Part shown: positions 46,031 to 55,636 of the stretch, piece by piece
How positions within the stretch are numbered: the stretch's first letter is position 1
How the letters are laid out: each line of letters opens with the position of its first letter
IMG/VR virus record: IMGVR_UViG_3300025934_000016
Direction: 5' to 3' (one strand)
Source of the DNA: an uncultured virus (IMG/VR IMGVR_UViG_3300025934_000016)
Lineage: Duplodnaviria > Heunggongvirae > Uroviricota > Caudoviricetes
DNA: 64,000 nucleotides
Translations under genes and position numbers: made by a program
Notes under the pieces: generated by a model
What the model saw: the letters and a program-made list of their open reading frames with translations, nothing else
What the model was told of the DNA's origin: nothing
The model's database searches: none

Positions 46031-46741
46031 TTAGACATAGTAGACTCTGCGCAGCGCCGTGACGGGATTGTCTGGTGTCATCGCCGCATAGCTCAAGCCT
46101 GCGCCACCGTTGTAAAGGTCAGTCCGCTCCTGTGTGGTCAGAACACGTTTCCAAAATCCAACCTGATCAATGCGGCCATCCATTGGGCTATCCGTTGATG
46201 CCAGTCGTGCTCGACCGATCTCGACATCAAAAACTGAAGTGTTCGGGTTAGTGCCGTCAACGGTGCTGTCCACGGTCCCGTTGTTCACCTGGACATTATA
46301 CGTCCCTGCCACCGTGTCGCGCCAAAAAACTACGAAGTACCAAGTGTTGATGACAGGAGCGCCCAATGAATTGGCCGGGTATTGATTAGATTGATCATTA
46401 ATCGCTGGCGTTATACGTTGAGTCGATAGGATATAAGCCATGGTCCACTCACCGACAGGACCGCGATCCTTCCCTGCCATTCCGGTATCGGCTACTAAGG
46501 AATCGAAATAGAACCATCCACAAAAAGTGAAGTCGCCAGTTCCAAGAACAAAGTCGCTGTTGCTGGCAACGCTTAAATACTCATTATTTGCCGCCGTGAA
46601 TTGGGCAGCGTTGCCGACTTTTCCGACTGCTTGCGTAACCGTGTTGTTATCAGTGAGATGGTTGGCGCCGCGAGCATCGTTACGCGTACCGCTGGCTTCT
46701 TCTAGTTCCCAGAACGAAATAAGATTATCTGTCAGCGCCAT
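46031..46741 (-). CDS. LamG/concanavalin-like protein
   Basis: LISFWELEE, DFTFCGWF, DGRIDQVGFWKRVLT. Confidence 0.85.
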   Translation of the reverse strand: MALTDNLISFWELEEASGTRNDARGANHLTDNNTVTQAVGKVGNAAQFTAANNEYLSVASNSDFVLGTGDFTFCGWFYFDSLVADTGMAGKDRGPVGEWTMAYILSTQRITPAINDQSNQYPANSLGAPVINTWYFVVFWRDTVAGTYNVQVNNGTVDSTVDGTNPNTSVFDVEIGRARLASTDSPMDGRIDQVGFWKRVLTTQERTDLYNGGAGLSYAAMTPDNPVTALRRVYYV

Positions 46742-46743
46742 AT

Positions 46744-48114
46744 TTAATTACTGCAATCCGTTCCCGTGCTGCTCGCATAAAGCCGACCCGTCGAAGTGTC
46801 CACACAAAGGACTTTCTTGCCGCCTGCCGCCCCGGTGGTTTTGAAATTGTCGATGATCATTCTCTCGCTTGAGTTGTAAATCGGCTGGCTGGTTCCAGCG
46901 CCAGTCATGGTGCCTATTCCATCCACAAATCTTTCGTCACAGGTACTAAATGTACCATCGGTACAGCGGATATTCCCGTGAGACATAAATGAAGTGACAG
47001 CACTTGAACGGAACCCCGGCCCCATGTTGTCGGTCGTCGCACCCGTATTGCTCCTAATCACGTCGTTGGATACGTCAGCAATGCGGTTGTTGAGTAGAAC
47101 GATGCCCGTAAGGCCCTCAGTTGCAAAAAAATTACTGCCAGGCGCAGTGATGTATCCGCCGATTTCACTCGATTCAATCGTTAAGCTGCTTCCAAAGCTG
47201 CCTCCCGATCTGATAACTTCAGTGCTGCCAGTCTTGTGAGCCAATACGCCTTTGACGAACACATTGGTTCCATTCATATCTAAAAAATAGGTGCCGATAC
47301 TTTCAGAGCGAAAATTCATGACCGTTGATGTGCCACCGTTGGTAAATAGAAAATCGGTGCCGTTGGCTGATGCGCTGCCTCCCATGACATAACAACCGGC
47401 TGTGGCGCAGTTTATTCCAGTCGTATTTTCGGCCATCATCAACTGAATGAAAACGAAGTTCAGACCATTGAAATTGCCGTTGTAAAAACCATCGGTGCAG
47501 TTACCCAGGAACAAATTTATAAACGTCATCTCGCTGGACGTAGCAGTTCCGCCTACACCTTGTGTATTTATACATTTGGAAAAGCTGTCCACGGCGACCA
47601 GCTCGAATATGGATTGCCCAGTCTGAGTGCCGCTACCCGAACCACTAAATACTAATCCTTGCCGACTTCCCTTCGTTTGAGCATTGTGGAACGCCATGCC
47701 TTTCATCGAGAAGCCCTTGTTGCCCCAAAAGGTGATACAGTCAGAGGTACTCGATGCGATGTCGCAGTTGATGACGCTCTGCACGTAGCCATCACCCTGG
47801 ATATTAAAATGGTTTTGCCCGCCGCCAGCAAAAGTGTCGCTGGGGAACATTATCGGCGAGGTAACGCGGTAAACACCTAAAGGAAAATATAAAGTGCCCT
47901 GGGCGGTTGCGGCGGCGTCGGCGGCAGCTTGAATTGCCGCAGCGTCATCGGTCGAACCGTCACCCTTCGCGTTATAAGGAGGGCATTTAACATTTACCAC
48001 CGTAACGACATCGGATAGCTGTGGAACGGTGACGCACGAAGTGGTCGCCGCGCCGTGCAAGTCGGCTGTCGGCAAGAGGAACAGCAGCCATAGTACAAGC
48101 CAGAGTTTTTTCAT
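46744..48114 (-). CDS. Signal-peptide pectate-lyase-3-like beta-helix (tailspike/depolymerase-like)
   Basis: MKKLWLVLWLLFLLPTADLHG; YNAKGDGSTDDAAAIQAA...LYFPLGVY. Confidence 0.85.
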   Translation of the reverse strand: MKKLWLVLWLLFLLPTADLHGAATTSCVTVPQLSDVVTVVNVKCPPYNAKGDGSTDDAAAIQAAADAAATAQGTLYFPLGVYRVTSPIMFPSDTFAGGGQNHFNIQGDGYVQSVINCDIASSTSDCITFWGNKGFSMKGMAFHNAQTKGSRQGLVFSGSGSGTQTGQSIFELVAVDSFSKCINTQGVGGTATSSEMTFINLFLGNCTDGFYNGNFNGLNFVFIQLMMAENTTGINCATAGCYVMGGSASANGTDFLFTNGGTSTVMNFRSESIGTYFLDMNGTNVFVKGVLAHKTGSTEVIRSGGSFGSSLTIESSEIGGYITAPGSNFFATEGLTGIVLLNNRIADVSNDVIRSNTGATTDNMGPGFRSSAVTSFMSHGNIRCTDGTFSTCDERFVDGIGTMTGAGTSQPIYNSSERMIIDNFKTTGAAGGKKVLCVDTSTGRLYASSTGTDCSN

Positions 48115-48329
48115 CTCTGTATGGACGCCAGCGTGTACGTGGCTCCTCCGTCTCTGATCTTTAACGAGATCACTCTATTCGGGCTCGTGCCGCTCGCCTC
48201 GATCCAGAAATCGCCGTCCTGTGGGCTACTCGGAGTCGAGAAGTCGGTGCGAGTATTCGCCTTGGCCTGGCCCACTGTGCCAAAGTCCCAGGCGATTGAC
48301 TGAGTGTTAGTAAGAGCACGGCTCGGCAT
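48111..48329 (-). CDS. Small fibre-like protein
   Basis: PSSPQDGDFW motif. Confidence 0.65.
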   Translation of the reverse strand: MPSRALTNTQSIAWDFGTVGQAKANTRTDFSTPSSPQDGDFWIEASGTSPNRVISLKIRDGGATYTLASIQR

Positions 48330-48485
48330 AAATTTTTAGCTCGGCGCTGCGATATTGTTGCCGCTTGCATCGGTGATCTGATCACCGCCAGGGCTGATGA
48401 TTTCAATTTCTGTCACCCCCGGCGGCGATCCACTACGGAAGGTGAGAATTACCGCAGTGTCCTCACTATAGATTATCCGCACGGC

Positions 48486-48980
48486 TTATCTTTCGGCAAA
48501 ATTAATTCCGAAGCTCCAAAGCGTAAGCGAAGTTGGCGCGGTCGGTAGCTGCAGGTCATACGCGGAGAGCGAGCCGGCCGGGAACGTCAACACTTCCTGG
48601 GGTGTGGGCACCCAAAGATAACCGTTGAGGACGTTAAAGGCATCCGAGAAGATCGAAGTCTTGGCGCCCGCGCCTTCCGTTCCCACATTGATCCCGCTCT
48701 TGCCCGCCGCGATTGTGGTCGCGCCGGTAATGACGGACACCGCATCGGAGCGGTTAAGCGCCGCCGGGGTGGCCGACACGGCTGTGGTCGGAAACGCGGC
48801 GACCTGGGTGGTATGCTCGACTCTTTGCTGTGCGCTGGTCGCGTTGGCGGACTGCCCAATCCACACGCGCAGAATCTGAATGTTGACGTTGGGCGCCGCG
48901 CTCGGCATGATCATGACCAAGCTAACCGGCGAATTGTTGGCTACGGTCAGACCCGCGCCACCGACTGTAAATTCTCTCAT
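48486..48980 (-). CDS. Putative virion beta-sandwich protein
   Basis: AGGAGG RBS; FNVLNGYLWVPTP. Confidence 0.65.
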   Translation of the reverse strand: MREFTVGGAGLTVANNSPVSLVMIMPSAAPNVNIQILRVWIGQSANATSAQQRVEHTTQVAAFPTTAVSATPAALNRSDAVSVITGATTIAAGKSGINVGTEGAGAKTSIFSDAFNVLNGYLWVPTPQEVLTFPAGSLSAYDLQLPTAPTSLTLWSFGINFAER

Positions 48981-48981
48981 T

Positions 48982-49254
48982 TTATCCTCCTTTCAGACCT
49001 TGTTTAGAAAACTCGTACCCAAAACTATAAACTCTCTCCGTTGGATTCTCTTTGACGTGATCGTTGCCGCGCCCCACTAATCCCCGCTCCCCATGCGTGC
49101 ATTGAAAGCTCCGCCTGCTGCAAAGCTCAGGCGATGGATGGACCGCCACGCACTTGAGACACAGCCGCTTGTGGCAGTGCTGGCACTGGATGTAGGTGCG
49201 CATGAGGTCGCGCCCGCCGCAGCAATCGCAATGGTCCATTCTTGGCTCTCTCAT
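48982..49254 (-). CDS. Cys-rich Zn-finger protein
   Basis: CDCC, CQHC, CLKC. Confidence 0.55.
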   Translation of the reverse strand: MREPRMDHCDCCGGRDLMRTYIQCQHCHKRLCLKCVAVHPSPELCSRRSFQCTHGERGLVGRGNDHVKENPTERVYSFGYEFSKQGLKGG

Positions 49255-49427
49255 TGGGCGACTAACGCTCCCATCTGCGCTTGGGCCTGCCATGGCTTTA
49301 ACCGCGTGTCGCCTGTCACCGCCGCCGCATTATCGATCAGGTCGGGATCGAACCAGCCGAGCGTGACGGCCGTTGCGTCAAACCACGCGATACCTACCGT
49401 ATCCTTGTCGAAAGTTCCTACCGGCAT
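49251..49427 (-). CDS. Small hypothetical protein (58 aa)
   Basis: Manual translation MPVGTFDKDTVGIAWFDATAVTLGWFDPDLID...; fills the gap exactly. Confidence 0.6.
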   Translation of the reverse strand: MPVGTFDKDTVGIAWFDATAVTLGWFDPDLIDNAAAVTGDTRLKPWQAQAQMGALVAQ

Positions 49428-49428
49428 T

Positions 49429-50283
49429 TTAGGCCCACGTCCCTTGAGTCTCCGCCGCCATCTCCTGCATTAAAAAATAAGAGCCGCGCCGCACCGTGCA
49501 GGGCGTTGTCGGGTTGGCCGAAAATTGGAACTGCGGGATGAACGTCCCGCCCGCATTGATCTTGACCACCCCGTCCACCTGAATGATCGTTTCCACGGCT
49601 GTCGAGGTCGCATTGAGAACAATCGCCGTTGCCACCGATACGCGAATAGCCGAGACGGTGGTCGCAATGGTCAAGTTCGCGCCAGAGCGAATCTTGGCAT
49701 AGTAGTCGATTGAGGTGATGGTCGCCGTGCCGGCGAACAGGTTGGCGGTCGTGTGCGTGGTTGCGCCCGTGGCGAGCATCAGCAACCCTTCAAAATTATA
49801 GTTGGTTCCCGCCTTCACCGTGACGCCGCCCGCCGTGGGAAACCAGGGCTGCGCCGAAGCTGAGAGCGACCCGCCCGTATCATCGGCCAGAAGCGTTTTG
49901 TAAAGGAGCGGCGGTTGGGGAATATTCCCGAGAACGAAAAACCCGACTCCCTCGATGTACTCGAGCGCCTCGCCCGCGGCGAGCGTGACCTTGTGGAGTT
50001 CGTACAGGGTGGCGTTCTGGTCGAACTGGACCGTGACCGTCATCGACGAGGAGGCATGAGCGTTTCGGATATTGATCGTCTTGACGTTTCTAAGCGTGGT
50101 GGAAGCCGGCGCGGCGAGAATGTCGGTGGTCGTCGCCGTGGTAATGTTCGTGTTCTGCTTGCCGCCACCCACCCACGCACCAGTGGTGGAGTTGAGGTCA
50201 ATGTACGAGACATGAACGTCAACATCGCCAGTGGTCGAGGAGATGAGCGAGAGCTTGTCGGTAGTTGCCGCGAGCAGTAACAC
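49429..50283 (-). CDS. Putative virion protein, two beta domains
   Basis: Likely GTG start 50283 right after the previous stop; Thr-rich. Confidence 0.7.
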   Translation of the reverse strand: MLLLAATTDKLSLISSTTGDVDVHVSYIDLNSTTGAWVGGGKQNTNITTATTTDILAAPASTTLRNVKTINIRNAHASSSMTVTVQFDQNATLYELHKVTLAAGEALEYIEGVGFFVLGNIPQPPLLYKTLLADDTGGSLSASAQPWFPTAGGVTVKAGTNYNFEGLLMLATGATTHTTANLFAGTATITSIDYYAKIRSGANLTIATTVSAIRVSVATAIVLNATSTAVETIIQVDGVVKINAGGTFIPQFQFSANPTTPCTVRRGSYFLMQEMAAETQGTWA

Positions 50284-50284
50284 T

Positions 50285-50932
50285 TTAGAGTAACCTCCCA
50301 GCCGTGATGGGCTTCTGCATGATGGGCTTGGGGAAATACTTGTATTTCGCAACCGCGATGAGCGGGAATAGCTCAAGGTAATCGCCGCCCAAGAAATCGT
50401 CGAGGCCGCTATCTGCTGCAGCATTCACCGCCGTATGCAGCCCAACCCTGCCGCTTCCAGTAAAAGTAGAATCTGAGACGGACAAGAGAAGACTGGCGTT
50501 GCGGTATAATTCGAGTGAGTTGACTAAAGCCCTTGCTTGCAGGGAATCGGTCGGCGCCCAAGTGGCTGCGCTATTTGATGCTAAACTTGTGAAAGTTCCA
50601 GTGACTACTTTTAGGATAGCCGAAGTAGGGCCGTCATTTCGTTGCGCCCTAAAAACGTAACCGCTTATTGTGTTGGGCGCGGCAAAGCGCAGCACCACCC
50701 CTTCGTCCACTTGTCCTGCCCCCTGAATGGTGGCAATAGTCACGCCGGCAAATTGATCGGCCTCAAACGTCGCCCCGTTATAGGTCATGACCCTATCGCC
50801 GTTATCGCTCGAAGGGAGTACCGTGTTACTCGATACCTTTAGAGTTCCAAGGCCTGAATAGCTATCCCAAACCCCAGCGTGCGAGAGTGGATCCTCATCG
50901 GGAATGTCAAATTTGTCGAAGTATTTGGCCAT
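50285..50932 (-). CDS. Lectin-like beta-sandwich protein
   Basis: ADQFAGV, GSGRVGL, DDFLGGD. Confidence 0.65.
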   Translation of the reverse strand: MAKYFDKFDIPDEDPLSHAGVWDSYSGLGTLKVSSNTVLPSSDNGDRVMTYNGATFEADQFAGVTIATIQGAGQVDEGVVLRFAAPNTISGYVFRAQRNDGPTSAILKVVTGTFTSLASNSAATWAPTDSLQARALVNSLELYRNASLLLSVSDSTFTGSGRVGLHTAVNAAADSGLDDFLGGDYLELFPLIAVAKYKYFPKPIMQKPITAGRLL

Positions 50933-50935
50933 TTT

Positions 50936-51520
50936 TCAAAAAACGAAATTCCCGAGCCGAAACGGCGTATTTCCCCAAGCATCGGCGAAGGTTTTAAGAA
51001 TCGCCCGTAGTTGCGTTGTTGGCTGAATAAACGAGGTGTTGTAACCCAAAGACTGCGCAGCCTCTAAGACTGCGCTCTGATCATCAACGGGTACGGTCTG
51101 CCACTGAGCATTGAGCTTGGCCGAGGCATCGATCACCACAGCGTTCCCCAAAATCCCGTTTAGCCGTTGCATGAACTGAAACATTCCAGCAATTATCCTA
51201 GCGACCTGGCTCCAGAGCATGGAGCCGTTCACCCACTGCGCCGGGATCAAAGCCGCCTCCAAAGCGTTCTGCGCGGCGGTCACGCCGCCACCGCCAACCG
51301 CAGTGGCCAAGTTAGCCGGAAACGCAAACACATCGGTATTGGCGGTCACGGCGCTGTCTTGTGCCGGCGTAAGGTCTGCGGCCACTAAAAATAGCGGCTG
51401 AAAGCCGTAATCCATGGCGCCCCAACTGACGCCGAGGTCTGCAATGTACTTTGGGCGACGAGAGTCTGACGATGAGCTACCCGTGCCGATTGCCGGAACG
51501 ACGTAGAGTCGGAATGCCAT
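50936..51520 (-). CDS. Hypothetical protein
   Basis: AGGAG RBS; 194 aa. Confidence 0.75.
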   Translation of the reverse strand: MAFRLYVVPAIGTGSSSSDSRRPKYIADLGVSWGAMDYGFQPLFLVAADLTPAQDSAVTANTDVFAFPANLATAVGGGGVTAAQNALEAALIPAQWVNGSMLWSQVARIIAGMFQFMQRLNGILGNAVVIDASAKLNAQWQTVPVDDQSAVLEAAQSLGYNTSFIQPTTQLRAILKTFADAWGNTPFRLGNFVF

Positions 51521-51532
51521 AATCTCTCCTGG

Positions 51533-51856
51533 CTACGCCCGTAACTGCGGGTTACTCGAATCCAATTTGGTAAGCATCTCGATACTGTTCTGGATCAGGC
51601 TGATGGCGGCAGGTGCTACCGCCATGCTGCCCGCGGTCAAAAGCAATTTGGCAAAGTCGCCGACGGGGAGATTGACCCCCACCGCTGCCGCCGCGCCTGT
51701 GCCCGCCGCCAGTAAGAACCCGACCAGGCTTTGCAGATACACACGCGAGCCGCGAATAAGCGCCTGCTGCCACCATTTCAAAATAATTACTTGGGGATGG
51801 GGGCGTGGCTCGCCCTCGCGCTCTGTCATGACTACCTTGTCGGTCTCAGTCGGCAT
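51533..51856 (-). CDS. Putative holin
   Basis: WWQQALIRGSRVYLQSLVGFL plus a second hydrophobic segment. Confidence 0.6.
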   Translation of the reverse strand: MPTETDKVVMTEREGEPRPHPQVIILKWWQQALIRGSRVYLQSLVGFLLAAGTGAAAAVGVNLPVGDFAKLLLTAGSMAVAPAAISLIQNSIEMLTKLDSSNPQLRA

Positions 51857-51867
51857 GAAAAATTCTC

Positions 51868-52497
51868 CTACTTCAGAAGTTCCCGAACAATAACGACGAT
51901 CAGGCCCGCAAAGGACACGCACGCAACGAACACCGCCACCATGAAGCTATTACTAATCTGGTTTGTTGTCTGGGCGGATTGCTGCCCGCTGGTCTTCCCC
52001 TCGATGATCGTCACCCTATCCTTCAGATCGCTGATCTTACTTTCGAGCGCGTTGTTTGATGTGTGGATTAGAGCGGCCATTTGCTCCATCGATTTGTTGG
52101 TTGCGTTCTCGCTTTTGTTTATGCTCAACGCGAAGGTCTCGTTTTGCTTATTGACGGCTTTCTCCGCCGCCTGAAGCGCTGCATCAAGACTCGTCTTATT
52201 GCTTGCTGCCTCTCGGTCCATGCGCGCGTCGCGCTCGCTGAATTGCTTGACGATGGACTCAAACTTTTCCTGGTGAAGCTCCTTTAGGTGCGCAATCTGT
52301 TTATCGGTGTCGGTCGGGACGCGCGTTACATCCTCATGTAGTAGCTGCACCGCCTTGTCATTGGCGTCCAACCGCGTGAAGATGATTTCCTTTAACGACG
52401 CGATCTCACGCTGTACCTGCTGCGTGGTGAGAAGTGTCGGGTCGGGGATGGGCCGACTTCCCCCGCCCCTATGAAGCTGTTCTTCGTCGTTCGGCAT
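51868..52497 (-). CDS. Coiled-coil protein with C-terminal TM helix
   Basis: Coiled coil then FMVAVFVACVSFAGLIVVIV; adjacent to the holin candidate. Confidence 0.75.
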   Translation of the reverse strand: MPNDEEQLHRGGGSRPIPDPTLLTTQQVQREIASLKEIIFTRLDANDKAVQLLHEDVTRVPTDTDKQIAHLKELHQEKFESIVKQFSERDARMDREAASNKTSLDAALQAAEKAVNKQNETFALSINKSENATNKSMEQMAALIHTSNNALESKISDLKDRVTIIEGKTSGQQSAQTTNQISNSFMVAVFVACVSFAGLIVVIVRELLK

Positions 52498-52678
52498 TCT
52501 TTAAGTCATCCATCACCATCCAATCTCTGCGGTCCTGCTGACTCGTCAAATGAAAGCAGTTACAGTTCTGGCAATAATACGCGCGCTGCTCACGCCGCTT
52601 GGAATCCCCCCAGATCCGCAGCACGGAGATCCGTCTGAGCACTCGTGAGGCATCCTTTTTGGTGAATCTTTTCTTCAC
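52469..52678 (-). CDS. Small Zn-ribbon protein
   Basis: RAYYCQNCNCFHLTS. Confidence 0.65.
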   Translation of the reverse strand: MKKRFTKKDASRVLRRISVLRIWGDSKRREQRAYYCQNCNCFHLTSQQDRRDWMVMDDLKNAERRRTAS

Positions 52679-52697
52679 GCATACTATTTGCCGCCGC

Positions 52698-52937
52698 TCA
52701 ATTGTTGCTCTCCTCTAACCCCAGATACTTGCGCGCCACCTTGATCGGGTCGCCTTCCTTCCACACCCAGCGGTCAAGCGCGGTCCCGTCATCGGTGAGC
52801 GTCCCTTCAAGCTTCCAGTTCTCCTGTCGGGCGAATTCCGTAACCCCTGCCATTAACTGCTGCCCCGCCTTGCGCAGGTCGTTCACTTCGACCTTTAGCC
52901 GCTCGATCTCGGACTGTCGTTTCGCCGCTCTAGCCAT
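52698..52937 (-). CDS. Hypothetical protein
   Basis: Coupled ORF. Confidence 0.65.
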   Translation of the reverse strand: MARAAKRQSEIERLKVEVNDLRKAGQQLMAGVTEFARQENWKLEGTLTDDGTALDRWVWKEGDPIKVARKYLGLEESNN

Positions 52938-53151
52938 TACCGTGAATCCCTAATCGCCCGATCGACCAGCGCCCGCATGTCGCGCGTCACGCCGCGTACT
53001 CCCGCCGGCGGGCGGCTTGCGTCCTTCTTTGACCGATAGGATTTCGGGTTGGACCAGCGGTATTGATAGTGCGTCGATCCCATCAGCCTTTTCCATTCGC
53101 GGGCCGTGTAGGTCACGTCCATGTAGACAACGCTCTCCTCAGTCTTATCCA

Positions 53152-53418
53152 TTAGGCTTGGCCCGCCACCATCGCGCAAAACGACTCTATGGCCTGCGCC
53201 AACTTGTGACACGCTCGGTCGTGTATGAAATCGCTGGCAGTGAGTCGCACCGCTTCCATATATTCCGCCTCGCCGACCGTGGCTCGGATCAAGAATTCTT
53301 CAGCCTCCGGCGTCGGATGGTGCTCCAGTACTGTCGTTCTTGGCACGATGAATTGTCGTCTATGCGCTGGCTCTTTGAAGCAGCACTTACATGTCCACGC
53401 CAAAATAGCGTCAGCCAT
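53152..53418 (-). CDS. Hypothetical protein
   Basis: GGAG RBS; CKCC. Confidence 0.6.
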   Translation of the reverse strand: MADAILAWTCKCCFKEPAHRRQFIVPRTTVLEHHPTPEAEEFLIRATVGEAEYMEAVRLTASDFIHDRACHKLAQAIESFCAMVAGQA

Positions 53419-53851
53419 TCACCAAACTCCGGTATTCCTTCTGGCACTCCGGGCACTCAAGCGGCGTAAACCCATTGGGCTGTCGCTGCCGATATCTGCC
53501 GCACCCTCGCGCGCATCTAAGATCGGGGATCTTCCCGGTATGAACGTCAAACTGCCGGTCAAATTCCGCTGCTAATCCGTGGCGGTACTCCTGACAACCG
53601 CACCAGCAGCGTCCCGCCTTGGGAGGCGTGGAGAGTTGGTTAACCGTCCAGATAGCCGGCGCCGCTGACCTGTGGCGCTCGTGATGGCAATTTGCACACG
53701 TCGAATACTTCAAAAAGCAGGAGAGACACCCAAAGGCCCGCGAGTAGGTGTCCAGGCGCTTCAAGACCACGCCGGACTCCGAGACCGTTGTCGATGGGCG
53801 ACCGCAGCCGACGCAGGCCGTTTGCGCTATGGGGCTAAAATCACTTGGCAT
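53411..53851 (-). CDS. Multi-Zn-finger protein
   Basis: Several CxxC pairs. Confidence 0.65.
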   Translation of the reverse strand: MPSDFSPIAQTACVGCGRPSTTVSESGVVLKRLDTYSRAFGCLSCFLKYSTCANCHHERHRSAAPAIWTVNQLSTPPKAGRCWCGCQEYRHGLAAEFDRQFDVHTGKIPDLRCARGCGRYRQRQPNGFTPLECPECQKEYRSLVNG

Positions 53852-54034
53852 CTATTCTCCCTTCCTCGTCTTCGAGTACGCTATCGCTCGCAGCATCGCC
53901 GTCTTGCCCCCCGGGCCGAAGTGCTTCGCCCGTTTCACCGTTGATGGCTCCTTCGTGAACACTTCTTTCATGTTGCGCTGGAGCGCGCTTTTTACGTCGT
54001 CGCGGGTTACGCGGCTTTTGGGTCTTGTTGCCAT
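53852..54034 (-). CDS. Small basic protein
   Basis: AMLRAIAYSKTRKG. Confidence 0.65.
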   Translation of the reverse strand: MATRPKSRVTRDDVKSALQRNMKEVFTKEPSTVKRAKHFGPGGKTAMLRAIAYSKTRKGE

Positions 54035-54166
54035 TATTCACCTGTGCGGCCTCTTTGAGCGTGCGCCGTGGGTGGGGCGCCGATCCCGGCTTTACTCCCG
54101 CCGCAAGATCCCCTTGCATCTTTCTGAGCTTCTCGGCTAAGTGCGGGAGGTTTAGAAGATCGCGGC

Positions 54167-54883
54167 TCATAGTCCCTTGGTTCGCTTCTTCCTGGTCTCC
54201 GAGCGATGCCCGCGCCGGTCCTCCTTCAGAAACTTCTTTTTCTTGGCTTCCGACCCGAACACCTCGGTCCACTTGCGGCCATCGAATATAATTTGGTAGC
54301 CGCCGGACAAAAGCTGAAACGGCTTTCGAACCTTCCCCAACTGATCGAACGGCACCGACCCTGCCTTTCTGAACACTTCGAAGTAGGACGGATAAATAAA
54401 GTCCGACATGGGAATTCCGTTGACTGGGAAGCTTAATGCCTCCACCGGGTCGCACGCCTCATACGCATACGTCAGCCGCTGGTTGGGTCCGGTCGTCATC
54501 ATCTGGATGGCCGGGTCGACTAGCATCTCGGCCAACTCGTGCGAGGCCGACACCGAGACTAGCTCGCGGTTTTTAAGTGTGGTCTTGACGAATACCTTGG
54601 AGACCGGAAACCCGTCCGGAGTAAGATCGTGATAGGCGAGCGCCCCCGAAACGTCCGCATCATCGATAAACGCCATGGCCCATGCGCCCTTCACAAACCC
54701 GTCCGACTTGACGAGCTTGGCGGGACTTGCCCACCTTGGTGCGACGTAATTGTCCACGTAGAGCTGCATGGCCGCGATCAGCTTGTCGAAATCGACCCCG
54801 AGGCCGACTGTGGCCTTGTTGAAGCAGGCAATGGTCGGCGTATCCCCCTGATTAAACTGGCGTGAAATTGGTTTTTTGGTCAT
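54167..54883 (-). CDS. Zincin-like metalloprotein (HExxE)
   Basis: GALAYHD...SHELAEMLVDP...YEACDPVE. Confidence 0.65.
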   Translation of the reverse strand: MTKKPISRQFNQGDTPTIACFNKATVGLGVDFDKLIAAMQLYVDNYVAPRWASPAKLVKSDGFVKGAWAMAFIDDADVSGALAYHDLTPDGFPVSKVFVKTTLKNRELVSVSASHELAEMLVDPAIQMMTTGPNQRLTYAYEACDPVEALSFPVNGIPMSDFIYPSYFEVFRKAGSVPFDQLGKVRKPFQLLSGGYQIIFDGRKWTEVFGSEAKKKKFLKEDRRGHRSETRKKRTKGL

Positions 54884-54893
54884 TTGGTTCCTT

Positions 54894-55163
54894 TCATCCT
54901 ATAAATCCGTTCCGCTCGCAGTTAACCAAGATCCACCGGCTCGCCTCGCGCAGCTTCACCGTGATGATTGCCTTGACGTTGGGCGAAACATTTAGGTCGT
55001 CCAAGAACTCTTCAAACTTGGTCTCGAGTGCGTCTATGTCCTGGATACGCTCGGGTTCTGCGTTCGGACCAATAATCTGCCGACCGCAGCAGAGACAGTT
55101 CCCTTGTGGAGTGCAGCGGGCGGCTTGACCCGGCTGCATATGGCCGCACTCAGGGCAACTCAT
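54894..55163 (-). CDS. Small Cys-rich protein
   Basis: CPECGH...CLCC. Confidence 0.65.
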   Translation of the reverse strand: MSCPECGHMQPGQAARCTPQGNCLCCGRQIIGPNAEPERIQDIDALETKFEEFLDDLNVSPNVKAIITVKLREASRWILVNCERNGFIG

Positions 55164-55631
55164 TCACAATCCTTTCACTCCGATCGGGTGCGACTCCTGC
55201 GGCTTGGGCGTCTGCTTCTGCTTCCAGCGGATTTTTTTTTCTTTCCTACAGATTCGACAACGGCGAACACTCGTCAAAGGTTCGCTATAGATATTGCCGT
55301 CTACTAGAGCATGGCCGCTTTTGCACTCTGTTTTATGGGCATTTTTGGCGCTTGGACTCGTGCCTCGCAGAACGTTTACACGATGGGTCACGGCATCAAG
55401 ATGCTTGGGGTTGATGCACCAAGTGTTTCGGCAAAGATGATCGATGGTCAAACCGGCCGGGATTGCCCCGCAGTGTAGACTGTAACTAGCTCGATGCGCA
55501 TAAAGGTTTTGGTTGCCAACTTTCAGCATCCCGTAACCCCGACTCGTTGACCCAAGCCAAATCCAACAGCCCGTGTTTGGCTCCGGCATCGAATAGAATT
55601 CGAGTTTCTCTTCCAGCGTTCGGTCAATCAT
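55164..55631 (-). CDS. HNH homing endonuclease
   Basis: PNTGCWIWLG, AHRASY, IDHLCRNTWCINPKHL. Confidence 0.9.
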   Translation of the reverse strand: MIDRTLEEKLEFYSMPEPNTGCWIWLGSTSRGYGMLKVGNQNLYAHRASYSLHCGAIPAGLTIDHLCRNTWCINPKHLDAVTHRVNVLRGTSPSAKNAHKTECKSGHALVDGNIYSEPLTSVRRCRICRKEKKIRWKQKQTPKPQESHPIGVKGL

Positions 55632-55636
55632 GGCTT

